A stretch of DNA of 64,000 nucleotides from an uncultured Anaerolineales bacterium (GCA_964622645.1 CAZUSV010000004.1:9290-73289), one strand, 5' to 3'; numbered from the stretch's first letter, positions 41,661 to 51,308 are shown. Numbers and translations are program-made. Notes: generated by a model not told the origin, from the sequence alone.

Positions 41661-41888
41661 ATGAGCAAAAGTCGCATTAGCAACAATATTCGAAAACTGC
41701 GCTTCTTCCATGATGAAATGACCCAACAGGAGCTAGCCCAAAAAGTTGGCGTGACCCGGCAAACGATCATCGCCATGGAAAAAGGGAAGTATTCCCCCTC
41801 TCTGGAACTGGCATTTCGCATTGCCCTCGCTTTCGATGTCCCGTTGACTGAGGTTTTCTCATACGATCTTGAAGACGAGAGCAACTAA
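41661..41888 (+). CDS. XRE-family helix-turn-helix transcriptional regulator (75 aa)
   Basis: [36 protein letters not shown]. Start at ATG 41661 after SD agaggag. Confidence 0.88.
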   Translation: MSKSRISNNIRKLRFFHDEMTQQELAQKVGVTRQTIIAMEKGKYSPSLELAFRIALAFDVPLTEVFSYDLEDESN

Positions 41889-42076
41889 CAATCCGAAAGA
41901 ATCCAGGAAGCATAGGAAATATCGTTATAATCTTGGAGCACAAAAACGAATGAATAGATCAGACTCCCAAACGGCAACCAACGCAACCGAATAAAGTAAA
42001 TCATTGCCTCGTTTAACTGAGGATGCACAAAAGCCAGACAATGCATAACAACTATCAATCTGAAAAAACATATAGA

Positions 42077-42185
42077 GGTCTCCAGGAATTGCCGGGGTAA
42101 TACCCCAGATTTAGGGGTGAATGGGGTGCTCCGTACCCCATTCACCCTTAAATCTGGGAGGTCCCACGTCGATTCATAGAGAGCC
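42077..42185. repeat. Family A repeat, full copy, inverted relative to 29051-29159
   Basis: ggtctccaggaattgccggggtaataccccagatttaggggtgaatggggtgctccgtaccccattcacccttaaatctgggaggtcccacgtcgattcatagagagcc. Confidence 0.85.
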
Positions 42186-42223
42186 ACATATAGATGTTTA
42201 TTAGTCAACAAAGGAAGGAAGCA

Positions 42224-43225
42224 ATGAAAGCCATAGTACGCACGAAATACGGATCAGCAGATGTTCTCCAACTTAAGGAAGTAGAAAAACCTGCACCCAA
42301 GGAAAATGAAGTGCTGGTAAAAATACTTGCTGCCGCTGTTAATCCCTTAGATAAATACTTCATGAGAGGCACCCCGCTCTTCATCCGTTTTATGACTGGG
42401 CTGCTGAAACCAAAACACAAGACACTGGGTGCAGATTTCGCCGGGCAAGTTGAAGCGATTGGCAGTAATATCAAACAGTTTCAAGTTGGTGATGACGTGT
42501 ACGGGGATATGTCCAGTGGTAGCTTCGCTGAGTTTGCGTGCGTGACTGAAGTCAAATTAGCACATAAACCGGCCAATATGTCGTTCGAGGAAGCCGCGGC
42601 TGTTCCAGTGGCAGGGCTCACTGCTGTGCAAATCCTGCGCAACCAAATGCAGATCAAGCCGGGGCAGAAAATATTGATCAATGGTGCCTCGGGTGGTGTG
42701 GGCACATACGCAGTACAGATAGCCAAGCACTACGGAACTGAAGTCACCGGCGTATGCAGCACGCGCAATATTGACATGGTGCGCTCGATTGGTGCGGACC
42801 ATGTCATTGATTACACCGGCGAAGATTTCACCAAAACTAGCCAGGTCTACGATCTGATCTTGGACAATGTTGGTAATCGATCCCTTTCAGAAGTCAAGCG
42901 TATATTGGCTCCCAATGGAACGTACTTATTAAACGCATTTGCTCCCGCCTTGATGTTACAATTAGGTCTCCAATCTGGCAAATCAAAGATCGGTGGTCAG
43001 ACTCTGCGCAATTCGGATGTTGCCAAAATAAGCCAAAGCGACCTGGAATTCCTGAAAGAGCTTATCGAAGCCGGCGATGTTGTATCCGTTATCGACAAAG
43101 TTTACCCCTTAAGCGAAACCCCTAAAGCCATCCGGCATCTTGAAACAGGACACGCCCGGGGGAAAGTAGTTATAGAAGTTGAACATTCGAAAGGGGGAAA
43201 CGATCAAAACATATTGCTGACGTAG
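42224..43225 (+). CDS. NAD(P)H-dependent MDR oxidoreductase (quinone reductase-like), paralogue 1
   Basis: MKAIV..; [26 protein letters not shown] Rossmann motif. Confidence 0.88.
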   Translation: MKAIVRTKYGSADVLQLKEVEKPAPKENEVLVKILAAAVNPLDKYFMRGTPLFIRFMTGLLKPKHKTLGADFAGQVEAIGSNIKQFQVGDDVYGDMSSGSFAEFACVTEVKLAHKPANMSFEEAAAVPVAGLTAVQILRNQMQIKPGQKILINGASGGVGTYAVQIAKHYGTEVTGVCSTRNIDMVRSIGADHVIDYTGEDFTKTSQVYDLILDNVGNRSLSEVKRILAPNGTYLLNAFAPALMLQLGLQSGKSKIGGQTLRNSDVAKISQSDLEFLKELIEAGDVVSVIDKVYPLSETPKAIRHLETGHARGKVVIEVEHSKGGNDQNILLT

Positions 43226-43313
43226 CGCAGGGTGGCATCCTGCGTTACAGCATTTTTTGTATCCCGTTACTCAATATATAAGTCGATAAACAACCACTGG
43301 AGAAAATTTAGTG

Positions 43314-44288
43314 ATGAAAGCAATAATTTATACCAAATTCGGACCCCCCGATGTTCTTCATCTAGAAGATGTTGAGAAACCTGTTCCCAAGGATAACGAA
43401 GTCCTGATAAAAATCCATGCTACAACCGTCGTAAAAGAAGATCCAGACTGGAGACTATCCCCGGGTTTCAACGGGTTTCTGAAACCCAGAAATCCGATAC
43501 TTGGACAAGAGCTGGCTGGTCAGGTTGAAGCCGTAGGGGTAGACGTAACCCGGTTCAGACCAGGCGACGAAGTTTTTGGCATAGGTATGTTTGGCGCATA
43601 TGCTGAATACAAATGCATGCCCGATGACGGGGCGCTGGCCATAAAACCAGCCAATATGAGTTATGATGAGGCGGCTAGCGTTCCTAATGGGGCGCTAACC
43701 GCACTGCCTTTCCTTAGAGATAAGGGCGATATCCAGAGTGGACAAACTGTATTGATCTACGGTGCTTCTGGATCGGTTGGTACAGCCGCGGTGCAGTTGG
43801 CCAAATACTTTGGGGCTGAAGTGACAGGGGTATGCAGCACCACCAATCTAGAAATGGTGAAGTCTCTGGGAGCCGATCAGGTGATTGATTACACTCAAGA
43901 GGATTTTACCGAAAATGGTGAAACCTATGACATCATTTATGACACAGTAGGTAAACGTTCATATTCGGAGTGCAAAGGTTCATTGACGAAAGAAGGTACC
44001 TACCTTACTACAGTCCCTTCGCCGGCAATTATGCTGGGAGCGCTATGGCCTGCAAAGCCCGGCAGAAAAAATGCCAAGTTTATGGCCGCAGGATTGAGAC
44101 CGGCGAGTGAGAAGATCAAAGACCTCCTCTTTCTCACGGAGTTGATCGAAGCTGGGGAGATCAAAGCTGTGATAGACAGGCGCTATGCGTTGGAAGAGAT
44201 TGCTGAAGCCCACCGTTATGTGGAAAAAGGGCACAAAAAGGGGAATGTGGTCATTATCGTGGAACAAAATTCCAAGCCTGACAAGTGA
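43314..44288 (+). CDS. NAD(P)H-dependent MDR oxidoreductase, paralogue 2
   Basis: [26 protein letters not shown]. Collinear with paralogues 1 and 3. Confidence 0.88.
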   Translation: MKAIIYTKFGPPDVLHLEDVEKPVPKDNEVLIKIHATTVVKEDPDWRLSPGFNGFLKPRNPILGQELAGQVEAVGVDVTRFRPGDEVFGIGMFGAYAEYKCMPDDGALAIKPANMSYDEAASVPNGALTALPFLRDKGDIQSGQTVLIYGASGSVGTAAVQLAKYFGAEVTGVCSTTNLEMVKSLGADQVIDYTQEDFTENGETYDIIYDTVGKRSYSECKGSLTKEGTYLTTVPSPAIMLGALWPAKPGRKNAKFMAAGLRPASEKIKDLLFLTELIEAGEIKAVIDRRYALEEIAEAHRYVEKGHKKGNVVIIVEQNSKPDK

Positions 44289-44297
44289 GAAGAAACC

Positions 44298-45233
44298 ATG
44301 AAAGCAATTGTATTCGAACAATACGGCCCGCCTGACGTTCTTCAGCTCAAAGAGGTCAATAAACCTGCTCCCAAGGGGAATGAAATTTTGGTAAAGATTT
44401 ATGCGACCACGGTAACCGCAGCGGATTGGCGTATGCGCAAGCCAGATCCTGTTGCTGCGAGGCTTTTCAATGGGCTGTTTAGGCCCAAGAAAATTACCAT
44501 CTTAGGGTTTGAACTGGCAGGGGAAGTTGAAGCAGTAGGAGCAGATGTCAAAAGGTTTGAGATCGGCGACCAGGTCTTTGGAAATGCAGGTTTGGGTTTT
44601 GGTGCCTATGCCGAGTATATATGTCTGCCCGAAGAAGGGGATGCCAAGCAAGGATTGTTGGCAATAAAACCGGACGATATACCTTATAAGCAAGCTGCTG
44701 CAGTTTCTTTTGGAGGATTAGCTGCATTGAATATCCTTAGAAAAGGAAATATTCAGAGCGGACAGAAGGTTCTTATCAATGGAGCCTCCGGAAGTGCAGG
44801 AACCTATGCAGTACAGCTAGCCAAGCACTTTGGCACAGAAGTTACAGGGGTATGCAGTGGTGCAAATTTCGATCTTGTGAAATCACTGGGAGCAGATCAG
44901 GTTATTGATTACACCAAAGAGGATTTTACTGAAAGAATTGAGCATTACGATATAATCTTTGACGCCGTTGGTAAAATGATTTCGGGGATCTCGAAATCAA
45001 AATGCAAGCAAGCACTTCGTCCGGGCGGAACCTATTTGAGCGTAGAAATGTCACGCAAGGATCGTCCAGAAGATTTATCCTTTCTCGCCGAGTTGATTGT
45101 GGCGGGGAAGATTAAGCCAGTGATCGATAGGCACTATCCATGGGATCAAATTGCCGAGGCTCACCACTATGTTGAGAAATTGCGCAAAAAGGGAAACGTG
45201 GTCATAAACGTGGAGCATAACGACAAAGCTTGA
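44298..45233 (+). CDS. NAD(P)H-dependent MDR oxidoreductase, paralogue 3
   Basis: [26 protein letters not shown]. Confidence 0.88.
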   Translation: MKAIVFEQYGPPDVLQLKEVNKPAPKGNEILVKIYATTVTAADWRMRKPDPVAARLFNGLFRPKKITILGFELAGEVEAVGADVKRFEIGDQVFGNAGLGFGAYAEYICLPEEGDAKQGLLAIKPDDIPYKQAAAVSFGGLAALNILRKGNIQSGQKVLINGASGSAGTYAVQLAKHFGTEVTGVCSGANFDLVKSLGADQVIDYTKEDFTERIEHYDIIFDAVGKMISGISKSKCKQALRPGGTYLSVEMSRKDRPEDLSFLAELIVAGKIKPVIDRHYPWDQIAEAHHYVEKLRKKGNVVINVEHNDKA

Positions 45234-45249
45234 TTGTGGAAACCAGATT

Positions 45250-45864
45250 ATGGAAAAATCAGAAAAATTTTGGGACAGATTGGCAAAGAATTACGACAGA
45301 GAGGCAGACCAATATGAGCAATCTTACCTCGATACCATTGCTAAATACCTCGATGGTAGCGATGTTGTTTTCGATTTCGCTTGTGGAACTGGATCGCTTT
45401 CGTGTCTGCTAGCCGACAAGGTGAAGTCGATCCACGCCATCGATATATCCTCAAATATGATCAGTATTGCCAGGAGAAAAGCAACTGAACGTAAGATTGA
45501 GAACATAAAATTTGAGCAATCGACGTTATTCGATGAGAGATATGAACAAGAATCATTCAATGTGCTTTTTGCTTGCAACATTCTGCATTTATTAGATGAT
45601 CCCCACGAGGTTATGCAGAGGATAAACGAATTACTGAAACCAGGAGGCAGCTTTATTTCGGATACCGTATGTCTGGGAGAGCAGAGATCACTTATGAGAA
45701 TTTTCCTGTCTCTGATAAGTAAAACTGGGCTTGTTCCATATATCAATCCATTGAAAACATCAGATTTAGAAGAATTGCTCGCCAATGCAAATTTTCGAAT
45801 TGTTCACTCTGAGATTCTTGGGAATACCCCTTCGAGCTATTTTCTTGTCGCGAAGAAGGGGTAG
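45250..45864 (+). CDS. Class I SAM-dependent methyltransferase
   Basis: Motif I VFDFACGTGS and post-I IDIS. Confidence 0.85.
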   Translation: MEKSEKFWDRLAKNYDREADQYEQSYLDTIAKYLDGSDVVFDFACGTGSLSCLLADKVKSIHAIDISSNMISIARRKATERKIENIKFEQSTLFDERYEQESFNVLFACNILHLLDDPHEVMQRINELLKPGGSFISDTVCLGEQRSLMRIFLSLISKTGLVPYINPLKTSDLEELLANANFRIVHSEILGNTPSSYFLVAKKG

Positions 45865-45945
45865 AAAGCCACAAGAACGCCCAAGAGTAGTCTGCGCTGA
45901 AATTGAATAACAACCTCAAACCAGGTTTTACGTAAACCTATTTAG

Positions 45946-46058
45946 CTTGACAATGTCGACTTTCTAGACGAGAAGCCCGAAATATGGGGTTACAGGGGTG
46001 CTCCGCACCCCTGTAACCCCATATTTTCGGAAGTTCTCGCGCAGTTGACATTGTCGAA
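45946..46058. repeat. Family B repeat, full copy in inverted orientation
   Basis: cttgacaatgtcgac..gagaagcccgaaatatggggttacaggggtgctccgcacccctgtaaccccatattttcggaagttctcgcg..gacattgtcgaa. Confidence 0.8.
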
Positions 46059-46084
46059 ATAGGAACCACAAAAGGAGAAGCCTC

Positions 46085-46948
46085 ATGACCACCGACGCAA
46101 AAACCAAAATCACATCATTGGGAACAATCCGTACATTCCTCAGAGAGGGTACCTGATCGGAAACCATTTTGAGCGTCGTTGACGGCTCATTCGGTCATCC
46201 AATGAAACTTGAAGAGAAGGCTTCTTTGCCCTTAGCGGGTGGCATCGCCAATATGGGTTATCAGTGCGGCATGCTTTGGGGGGCCGCACTGGCCGCAGGT
46301 GCACAGGCTTATCAACTTTTTGGACCAGGTCCAAAAGCTGAAACCGCAGCGATCATTGCCACCCAGAGGTTGGTGGAATCTTTCCGTTCTCATTCCAAGA
46401 ATGAAATCAATTGCCTTGAAATTACAGATTTGAATATGCAGGGAAAAACGGATGGGCGCACGATCCTGAAATTCTTCTTGAAGGGCGGCCCCATCGGCTG
46501 CTTCCGCATGGCTGCGAGATACGCACCCGATGTTTTCGATGGTATCAATGCTGCTTTTGCCGAAGAGCAATTCAACACACCTGCACCTCCCATAAGCTGC
46601 GCGGCCATGTTTGCGCAGAAGATGGGTGCCTCTGAGATGCATACGGTCATGGCGGCGGGGTTTGCGGGTGGCATCGGCTTGAGTGGGGGAGGCTGTGGGG
46701 TATTGGGTGCTGCGATCTGGCTCACGGGAGTAAAAAACCAACCCGTGCAATTAGAGGGATTCAGTTATTCAGGCACCTGGGTCAGCGATGTGATCGAAAA
46801 ATACCTGGAAGCCGCTGACTATGAATTCGAGTGCTCCGAAGTCGTCGGGCGGACATTCGAAAATGTAGAGGATCATGCAAGCTATTTGTCCAGAGGCGGC
46901 TGTTCCGAACTTATCGAGAAATTTGCTGACTCATTGGCCGATATCTAA
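46085..46948 (+). CDS. C_GCAxxG_C_C-family putative redox protein with an in-frame TGA at codon 24 (candidate selenocysteine)
   Basis: SD aaggag lies 7 nt before ATG 46085. TGA at 46154-46156 is in frame with the 259-codon ORF that the track starts at TTG 46169. GYQCGMLWGAALAAG and GGGCGVLGAAIW motifs are present. The 46169-46948 part on its own has confidence about 0.8. Confidence 0.55.
46171..46188 (+). promoter_or_regulatory. SECIS-like hairpin 14 nt downstream of the in-frame TGA
   Basis: gagcgtc-GUU-gacggctc: 7 bp with one bulged G and an apical GUU loop. Confidence 0.35.
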
Positions 46949-46990
46949 GAACATTGAGGGGATTATACAAACGCTAGTCAACTTATTCGC

Positions 46991-47050
46991 AACATCCCGC
47001 AGGTTTTCTCAGAAACCAAGTTGATTTGGCGGAGAAACCTGCGGGATGTT
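46991..47050 (+). terminator. Long hairpin downstream of the C_GCAxxG gene
   Basis: aacatcccgcaggttttctc / gagaaacctgcgggatgtt (~19 bp, 1 bulge) with a 21-nt loop, followed by ttttg. Confidence 0.5.
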
Positions 47051-47154
47051 TTGCCTTGGCAAGATATGATATTATTTTGACGTAATAGGCAAGATTTCTT
47101 TTTCTAGTTCACAATATCATTGTCTGAAAATCTCCATACAGAAAGGATGGCTCA

Positions 47155-47601
47155 ATGACAAAGGAAAATTTCTTGACCGTTCGTTGGAACAATCTTCTCA
47201 CGCTGGGGTTAGGAATTCCCGCCCTGATTTATATCTTACTTGCCTTTTCCAATTCCTTTTGGTCTACAAGGGGCGGTATGATCGGACTCTCAATAATTGG
47301 TTTTCTATATTGACCAGTCATTGAAGGACATACCGCCGCGCGGTTCGCGTGGCTTCGAGAAAATTCTGATAATAACGTTCCAGTTCAACAGGGGTATTTC
47401 CACCCGCTTTCCTTGATCCGGTTTGCTTATAACGTGGTTTTCTGGGTCTTTTTGCTTCCATTTTTTACGAGTATGGAATACAGTACGGGCTTCATCGCAT
47501 TTACCGTGATCATTTTGACCAGGCTGTTGCTAAACCTTTACACCAATCATATACTCAAGCAGCCTGAGCAGTACGAAAGTTTTCCCTTCCGAATTCCGTG
47601 A
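47155..47601 (+). pseudogene. 148-codon 4-TM membrane-protein ORF interrupted by an in-frame TGA at codon 53 (nonsense mutation, read-through or recoding)
   Basis: SD gaaagga lies 7 nt before ATG 47155. TGA is at 47311-47313. The same frame stays open to 47601; the track only reports 47413-47601 from an internal TTG. Confidence 0.35.
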
Positions 47602-47622
47602 TCGTGAAAGTGAGGCGTCACT

Positions 47623-48297
47623 ATGGGTCATAAGCAAATCAGTCGCGTCACCCGCTCCAAGGATTCCGCCAGAGCCAGCTATGATCGTATGAGCAGATGG
47701 TATGACCTGATCGCTGGATCAAGCGAGTGGAAATATGTGCAGATTGGATTAAGTCTGTTGAAAGCCTCCGAAGGGGAAAAAATCTTAGAAATAGGGCATG
47801 GGACAGGAAAAAGTGTTCGTGCCATTGCGAACTCCGTGGGAGAGACAGGGCATGTCCATGGTCTGGACCTCTCAGAAGGCATGCATAGAATTGCCAGCCA
47901 TCGAATTGATCAGGCAGGGCTATCCGAAAGAGTAGAACTCAGGATTGGGGATGCAGCCAAGCTTGATTTTGAAGATCGATTCTTTGATGCCATTTTTTCA
48001 AGCTTCACCCTAGAGCTGTTCGATACCCCAGAAATCCCCATCGTACTGAGTGAATGTTGGCGAGTCCTGTACTCTGGAGGACGTATAGTAATTGTGTCGA
48101 TGGCAAAGAAGAGTCGAGAAAGTTTAGCCGTCAAGATGTATGAGTGGGCTCACGAAAAGATACCCAATTATGCCGATTGTCGCCCGATATATGTGACTGA
48201 GTCTTTAACAGAGGCTGGGTTTCAGATAATCGAGAACAAAGAAATGCAGATGTGGGGGTTGCCTGTCGATGCCGTTTTGGCAAAGAAGGTAAATTGA
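47623..48297 (+). CDS. Class I SAM-dependent methyltransferase (UbiE/COQ5-like)
   Basis: Motif I ILEIGHGTG and post-I GLDLSEGM. Confidence 0.85.
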   Translation: MGHKQISRVTRSKDSARASYDRMSRWYDLIAGSSEWKYVQIGLSLLKASEGEKILEIGHGTGKSVRAIANSVGETGHVHGLDLSEGMHRIASHRIDQAGLSERVELRIGDAAKLDFEDRFFDAIFSSFTLELFDTPEIPIVLSECWRVLYSGGRIVIVSMAKKSRESLAVKMYEWAHEKIPNYADCRPIYVTESLTEAGFQIIENKEMQMWGLPVDAVLAKKVN

Positions 48298-48612
48298 TTT
48301 ACCAAAAGGAGAGCAAAACTGGCTGGGGATTTCTCAAAGCAAAATTCAATCGCTTGATGATCCCTTGCGTGATTGCCCTGTTTACGTTGATACTGCTCTA
48401 TAAGGTTATCTTCCCATATTCTCGAAATCTGCCCCACGAGCACAGATGCAAACCCTGAAATCCGGCCACACAAAATCCACTTCACACGCTAAGGATCAGA
48501 GATATAAAACACAATAAGAGCGAACCAGAAAGGATATTCCTCAGTTCAAGGTAATTGAGATTGGCAAAGCGCTCTTGACGTAGCAGTGTGGACATCAACG
48601 CGATAAAAATTA

Positions 48613-48686
48613 GGTCTCTAGAAATTGCCTAGGTAACGCCCCATACCCCCAAATCTGGGAGCTACCACGGCGATTCCTGGAGAGCC
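48613..48686. repeat. Family A repeat, short variant
   Basis: ggtctctagaaattgcctaggtaacgccccatacccccaaatctgggagctaccacggcgattcctggagagcc. Confidence 0.7.
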
Positions 48687-48765
48687 AAAATTCACCTAAT
48701 AAGATATATTAAGTTATAATTATTTAGTAAAAATCTTTCAGATGCAATAATGATGGAGGCTGATC

Positions 48766-49596
48766 ATGAAACGCAATCATATTCTCATTGAGGCAGACGA
48801 ATTGCTAACAAAAATAAATAATCCAAATATACGTATATTTGATGCTACGATTATGTTCTACATTGGCCTTAGCCCAGAGGAAATCGCTAAGATGCCGACG
48901 GCCCATGAGCAATATCTGGCGGGTCATATTCCCGGCGCGGTATTTTTTGACCACCTGAAATTTTCTGACACCAGTAGCCCTTATGAGTACATGCTAGCCA
49001 CTGATGAGCAACTGGCTGACCAGATTGGCAAAATTGGCATCGCCAATGATTCGGAAGTCATTGTGTACACCACCGCCATTTTGGCCTGCGCCACACGTGC
49101 CTGGTGGCTGCTGCGCTATGCAGGTCTGGAAAATGTGCGTGTGCTAAATGGTGGTTTCGCTGCCTGGAAAAAAGTGGGAGGCGCCGTGGAACAGGAGGAG
49201 CAAAAATATGCAGCTACGCAATTTGAGGAACATTTCAAACCGGAGATGTTTGCCAGCAAGGAAGAAGTACAGGCTGCGATAGACATGGACGGTGTGTATA
49301 CCGAGAATGCCCTGACGCAGGATTGGCACGACCAGGAACATATTCCCGGTTCTAGCTGCTTACCGCTCACGGATCTGACAATTGAATGGGATGCCTTTTT
49401 ATCAGAGGATCAGTTGTCCGCCCGCTTGAACGGTGTAGGCCAGCACAAGCGCATCATCACCTATTGTGGTGGCGGGATTGCCGCGACATTGAACGCAATT
49501 GCACATTTGATGGTTGGCAATGAAAATGTGGCCGTGTATGATGGTTCTTTGTTTGAATGGAAGGGTGAAGGGCTGCCTGTGGTAAGCAAAGAATAA
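48766..49596 (+). CDS. Tandem-rhodanese sulfurtransferase (thiosulfate/3-mercaptopyruvate type)
   Basis: Two rhodanese domains. Active-site loop YCGGGIAA in the second. Confidence 0.88.
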   Translation: MKRNHILIEADELLTKINNPNIRIFDATIMFYIGLSPEEIAKMPTAHEQYLAGHIPGAVFFDHLKFSDTSSPYEYMLATDEQLADQIGKIGIANDSEVIVYTTAILACATRAWWLLRYAGLENVRVLNGGFAAWKKVGGAVEQEEQKYAATQFEEHFKPEMFASKEEVQAAIDMDGVYTENALTQDWHDQEHIPGSSCLPLTDLTIEWDAFLSEDQLSARLNGVGQHKRIITYCGGGIAATLNAIAHLMVGNENVAVYDGSLFEWKGEGLPVVSKE

Positions 49597-49641
49597 CTGA
49601 GTTTTTCACAAGTGACCCATGGTTGATTTGTTCGGGGGGAT

Positions 49642-51228
49642 TTATCCGAAGGGATAGGGGTTGGGTAATTCAACTTCCAGCACGAAACCCTCACCAGAAG
49701 ATGATCTGATTTGCATACGACCGTCCAATAGGGCCACTCGCTCACTGATACCAACCAGACCAAAATGATGGTTTGCAGAGAGGTCTGCCAGATCAGGTAA
49801 TATTTCAATGCCATATCCATCATCCACAAAACGGATCAATAGGTGACCCTCGGGTGAATGCGTCAGTGTCAATTGCACCTCATTTGCATTGGCATGCTTG
49901 GCAACATTGCCAAGACCCTCTTGAATAATCCTAAATATTGAGAGTTCCATCAGTTCTGGCAGGCGTCCCAACGTTTGATCGATTTCTATTTTTGTCGTAA
50001 CTCCGCTTCGCTCCTCCCATTCTTGTACCAGAGAGGGAATTGCAGAAGAAAGTCCGTGGTTGTCGATTGTTGGAGGGCGCAGGTCACGGCATAATTGGCG
50101 CAAATCGCTTACAACCTGGCGAATTGCCTCACGGATTTCATGCAACTCGTGACGTTGTTCATCGGAGTTTTCATCACTCTCTACATCTTCCAGCCGGTAA
50201 TTTACTCCGAGCAAATCCTGTATCACTGAATCGTGTAACTCACGCGCCAGGGCTTTGCGTTCTTCTTCTCTATCGGTCATCAAGCGCCTCTGTGTTTCCT
50301 GCAGAGCTGCATTTAAGCGATCCATGGCTTTGACCTGCTTGCTTAACTTTTCGATTAGCTGTCGGTTAAGCAAGTCGCTGGCTTCTAGCGTCTCATGCAG
50401 TTGAGCCTGTTCCCGAAAGAGTTCTTCAGTGTGTTGTTGGGCTTTGTGGAAGCTTTCCAGTGCCCACATGACGGGTGTGACCTGTTCCTGGTTACTGGCA
50501 CCCACAATTAATTCTACAACTTCACGGGGAGTGAAATCAGACGTATATCGGTCTGCTACTAATCGACCTTCATATAACACCAGGATACGGTCGGTGATAT
50601 TGAACAGATGCTTCAGATTATCACTACAAACAACCACTCCCAAACCCTGTTGAGCTTGTTCGCGGACCCGCTCAAGTAAGATTTCCTGGCGATAGTAACT
50701 GAGATTGGATAAGATATCATCTAAGAGCAATAGACGAGGTGGTTGACAGAATGCTCGCATTAAGGCAATCAAATAACGTTGTTCGTTGGTTAAGTTTGCA
50801 ATCGGCTCATAAATTAAGTTTTCAGGTAAACCGAAGTTTGCCAGTAAATCTCTAGCCCTCTCATACATCAGTATCCAATTTTGTAGTCCGAGCAAAGGGA
50901 ATTTTATTATCTCGTGACCCAAGAAAATGTTTTGGATAACATTGAGCTGATCAATAACTTGAGATGGCTGGTAGACTAGTTCAACCCCCTCTTGGCGAGC
51001 ATGTGAGGAAGATACAAAATGTGTAGGTTGCTCTTTCAAAAAAAAGGTCCCCTGAGAAGGCTGAGTGGCACCCCCGATCAGGTGTAATAAAGTAGATTTT
51101 CCTGCGCCACGCCGACCGACCAAACCAAGAATTTCGCCTCGTTGCAATTCGAAGGTGATATTGTCCAGCACCTTTAGATTACCATAAGATTTGGTTAGTG
51201 ATTGAACACGTAACAAAGAATCAGACAT
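49642..51228 (-). CDS. Fusion protein: degenerate ABC nucleotide-binding domain + coiled coil + HisKA_3 + HATPase_c histidine kinase (soluble)
   Basis: The N-terminal ~245 aa are ABC-ATPase-like (GRRGAGKST, ELVYQ, NIFLGHE). The signature is LTNEQ, Walker B is LLLLDD-I, and there is no H-loop His. The C-terminal part has H-box ERKALARELHDSVIQ, N-box EGLGNVAKHA, DDGYGI and GLVGISER. No TM helix. Confidence 0.85.
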   Translation of the reverse strand: MSDSLLRVQSLTKSYGNLKVLDNITFELQRGEILGLVGRRGAGKSTLLHLIGGATQPSQGTFFLKEQPTHFVSSSHARQEGVELVYQPSQVIDQLNVIQNIFLGHEIIKFPLLGLQNWILMYERARDLLANFGLPENLIYEPIANLTNEQRYLIALMRAFCQPPRLLLLDDILSNLSYYRQEILLERVREQAQQGLGVVVCSDNLKHLFNITDRILVLYEGRLVADRYTSDFTPREVVELIVGASNQEQVTPVMWALESFHKAQQHTEELFREQAQLHETLEASDLLNRQLIEKLSKQVKAMDRLNAALQETQRRLMTDREEERKALARELHDSVIQDLLGVNYRLEDVESDENSDEQRHELHEIREAIRQVVSDLRQLCRDLRPPTIDNHGLSSAIPSLVQEWEERSGVTTKIEIDQTLGRLPELMELSIFRIIQEGLGNVAKHANANEVQLTLTHSPEGHLLIRFVDDGYGIEILPDLADLSANHHFGLVGISERVALLDGRMQIRSSSGEGFVLEVELPNPYPFG

Positions 51229-51308
51229 ACGATTTCATCACTTACTATCCTCACGAGATGATATTCTATTTTACCGCGCGATATTCCCAAAATGCATTCT
51301 ACTATTGC

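Noticed and set aside
46154-47313. Global reassignment of TGA (genetic code 4 or 25) as the explanation for the two in-frame TGAs.
   Set aside because: TGA terminates several well-defined genes in this window at positions matching family C-termini (add at 5777-5779, polX at 17380-17382, HMGS at 24292-24294, meaB). TGA is therefore a normal stop here.
48222-48485. ORFs 48252-48458(+) and 48222-48485(-) downstream of the methyltransferase.
   Set aside because: They overlap each other and the methyltransferase 3' end. Neither has a convincing start with an SD. A 33-aa hydrophobic peptide (MIPCVIALFTLILLYKVIF..) is conceivable but unsupported.
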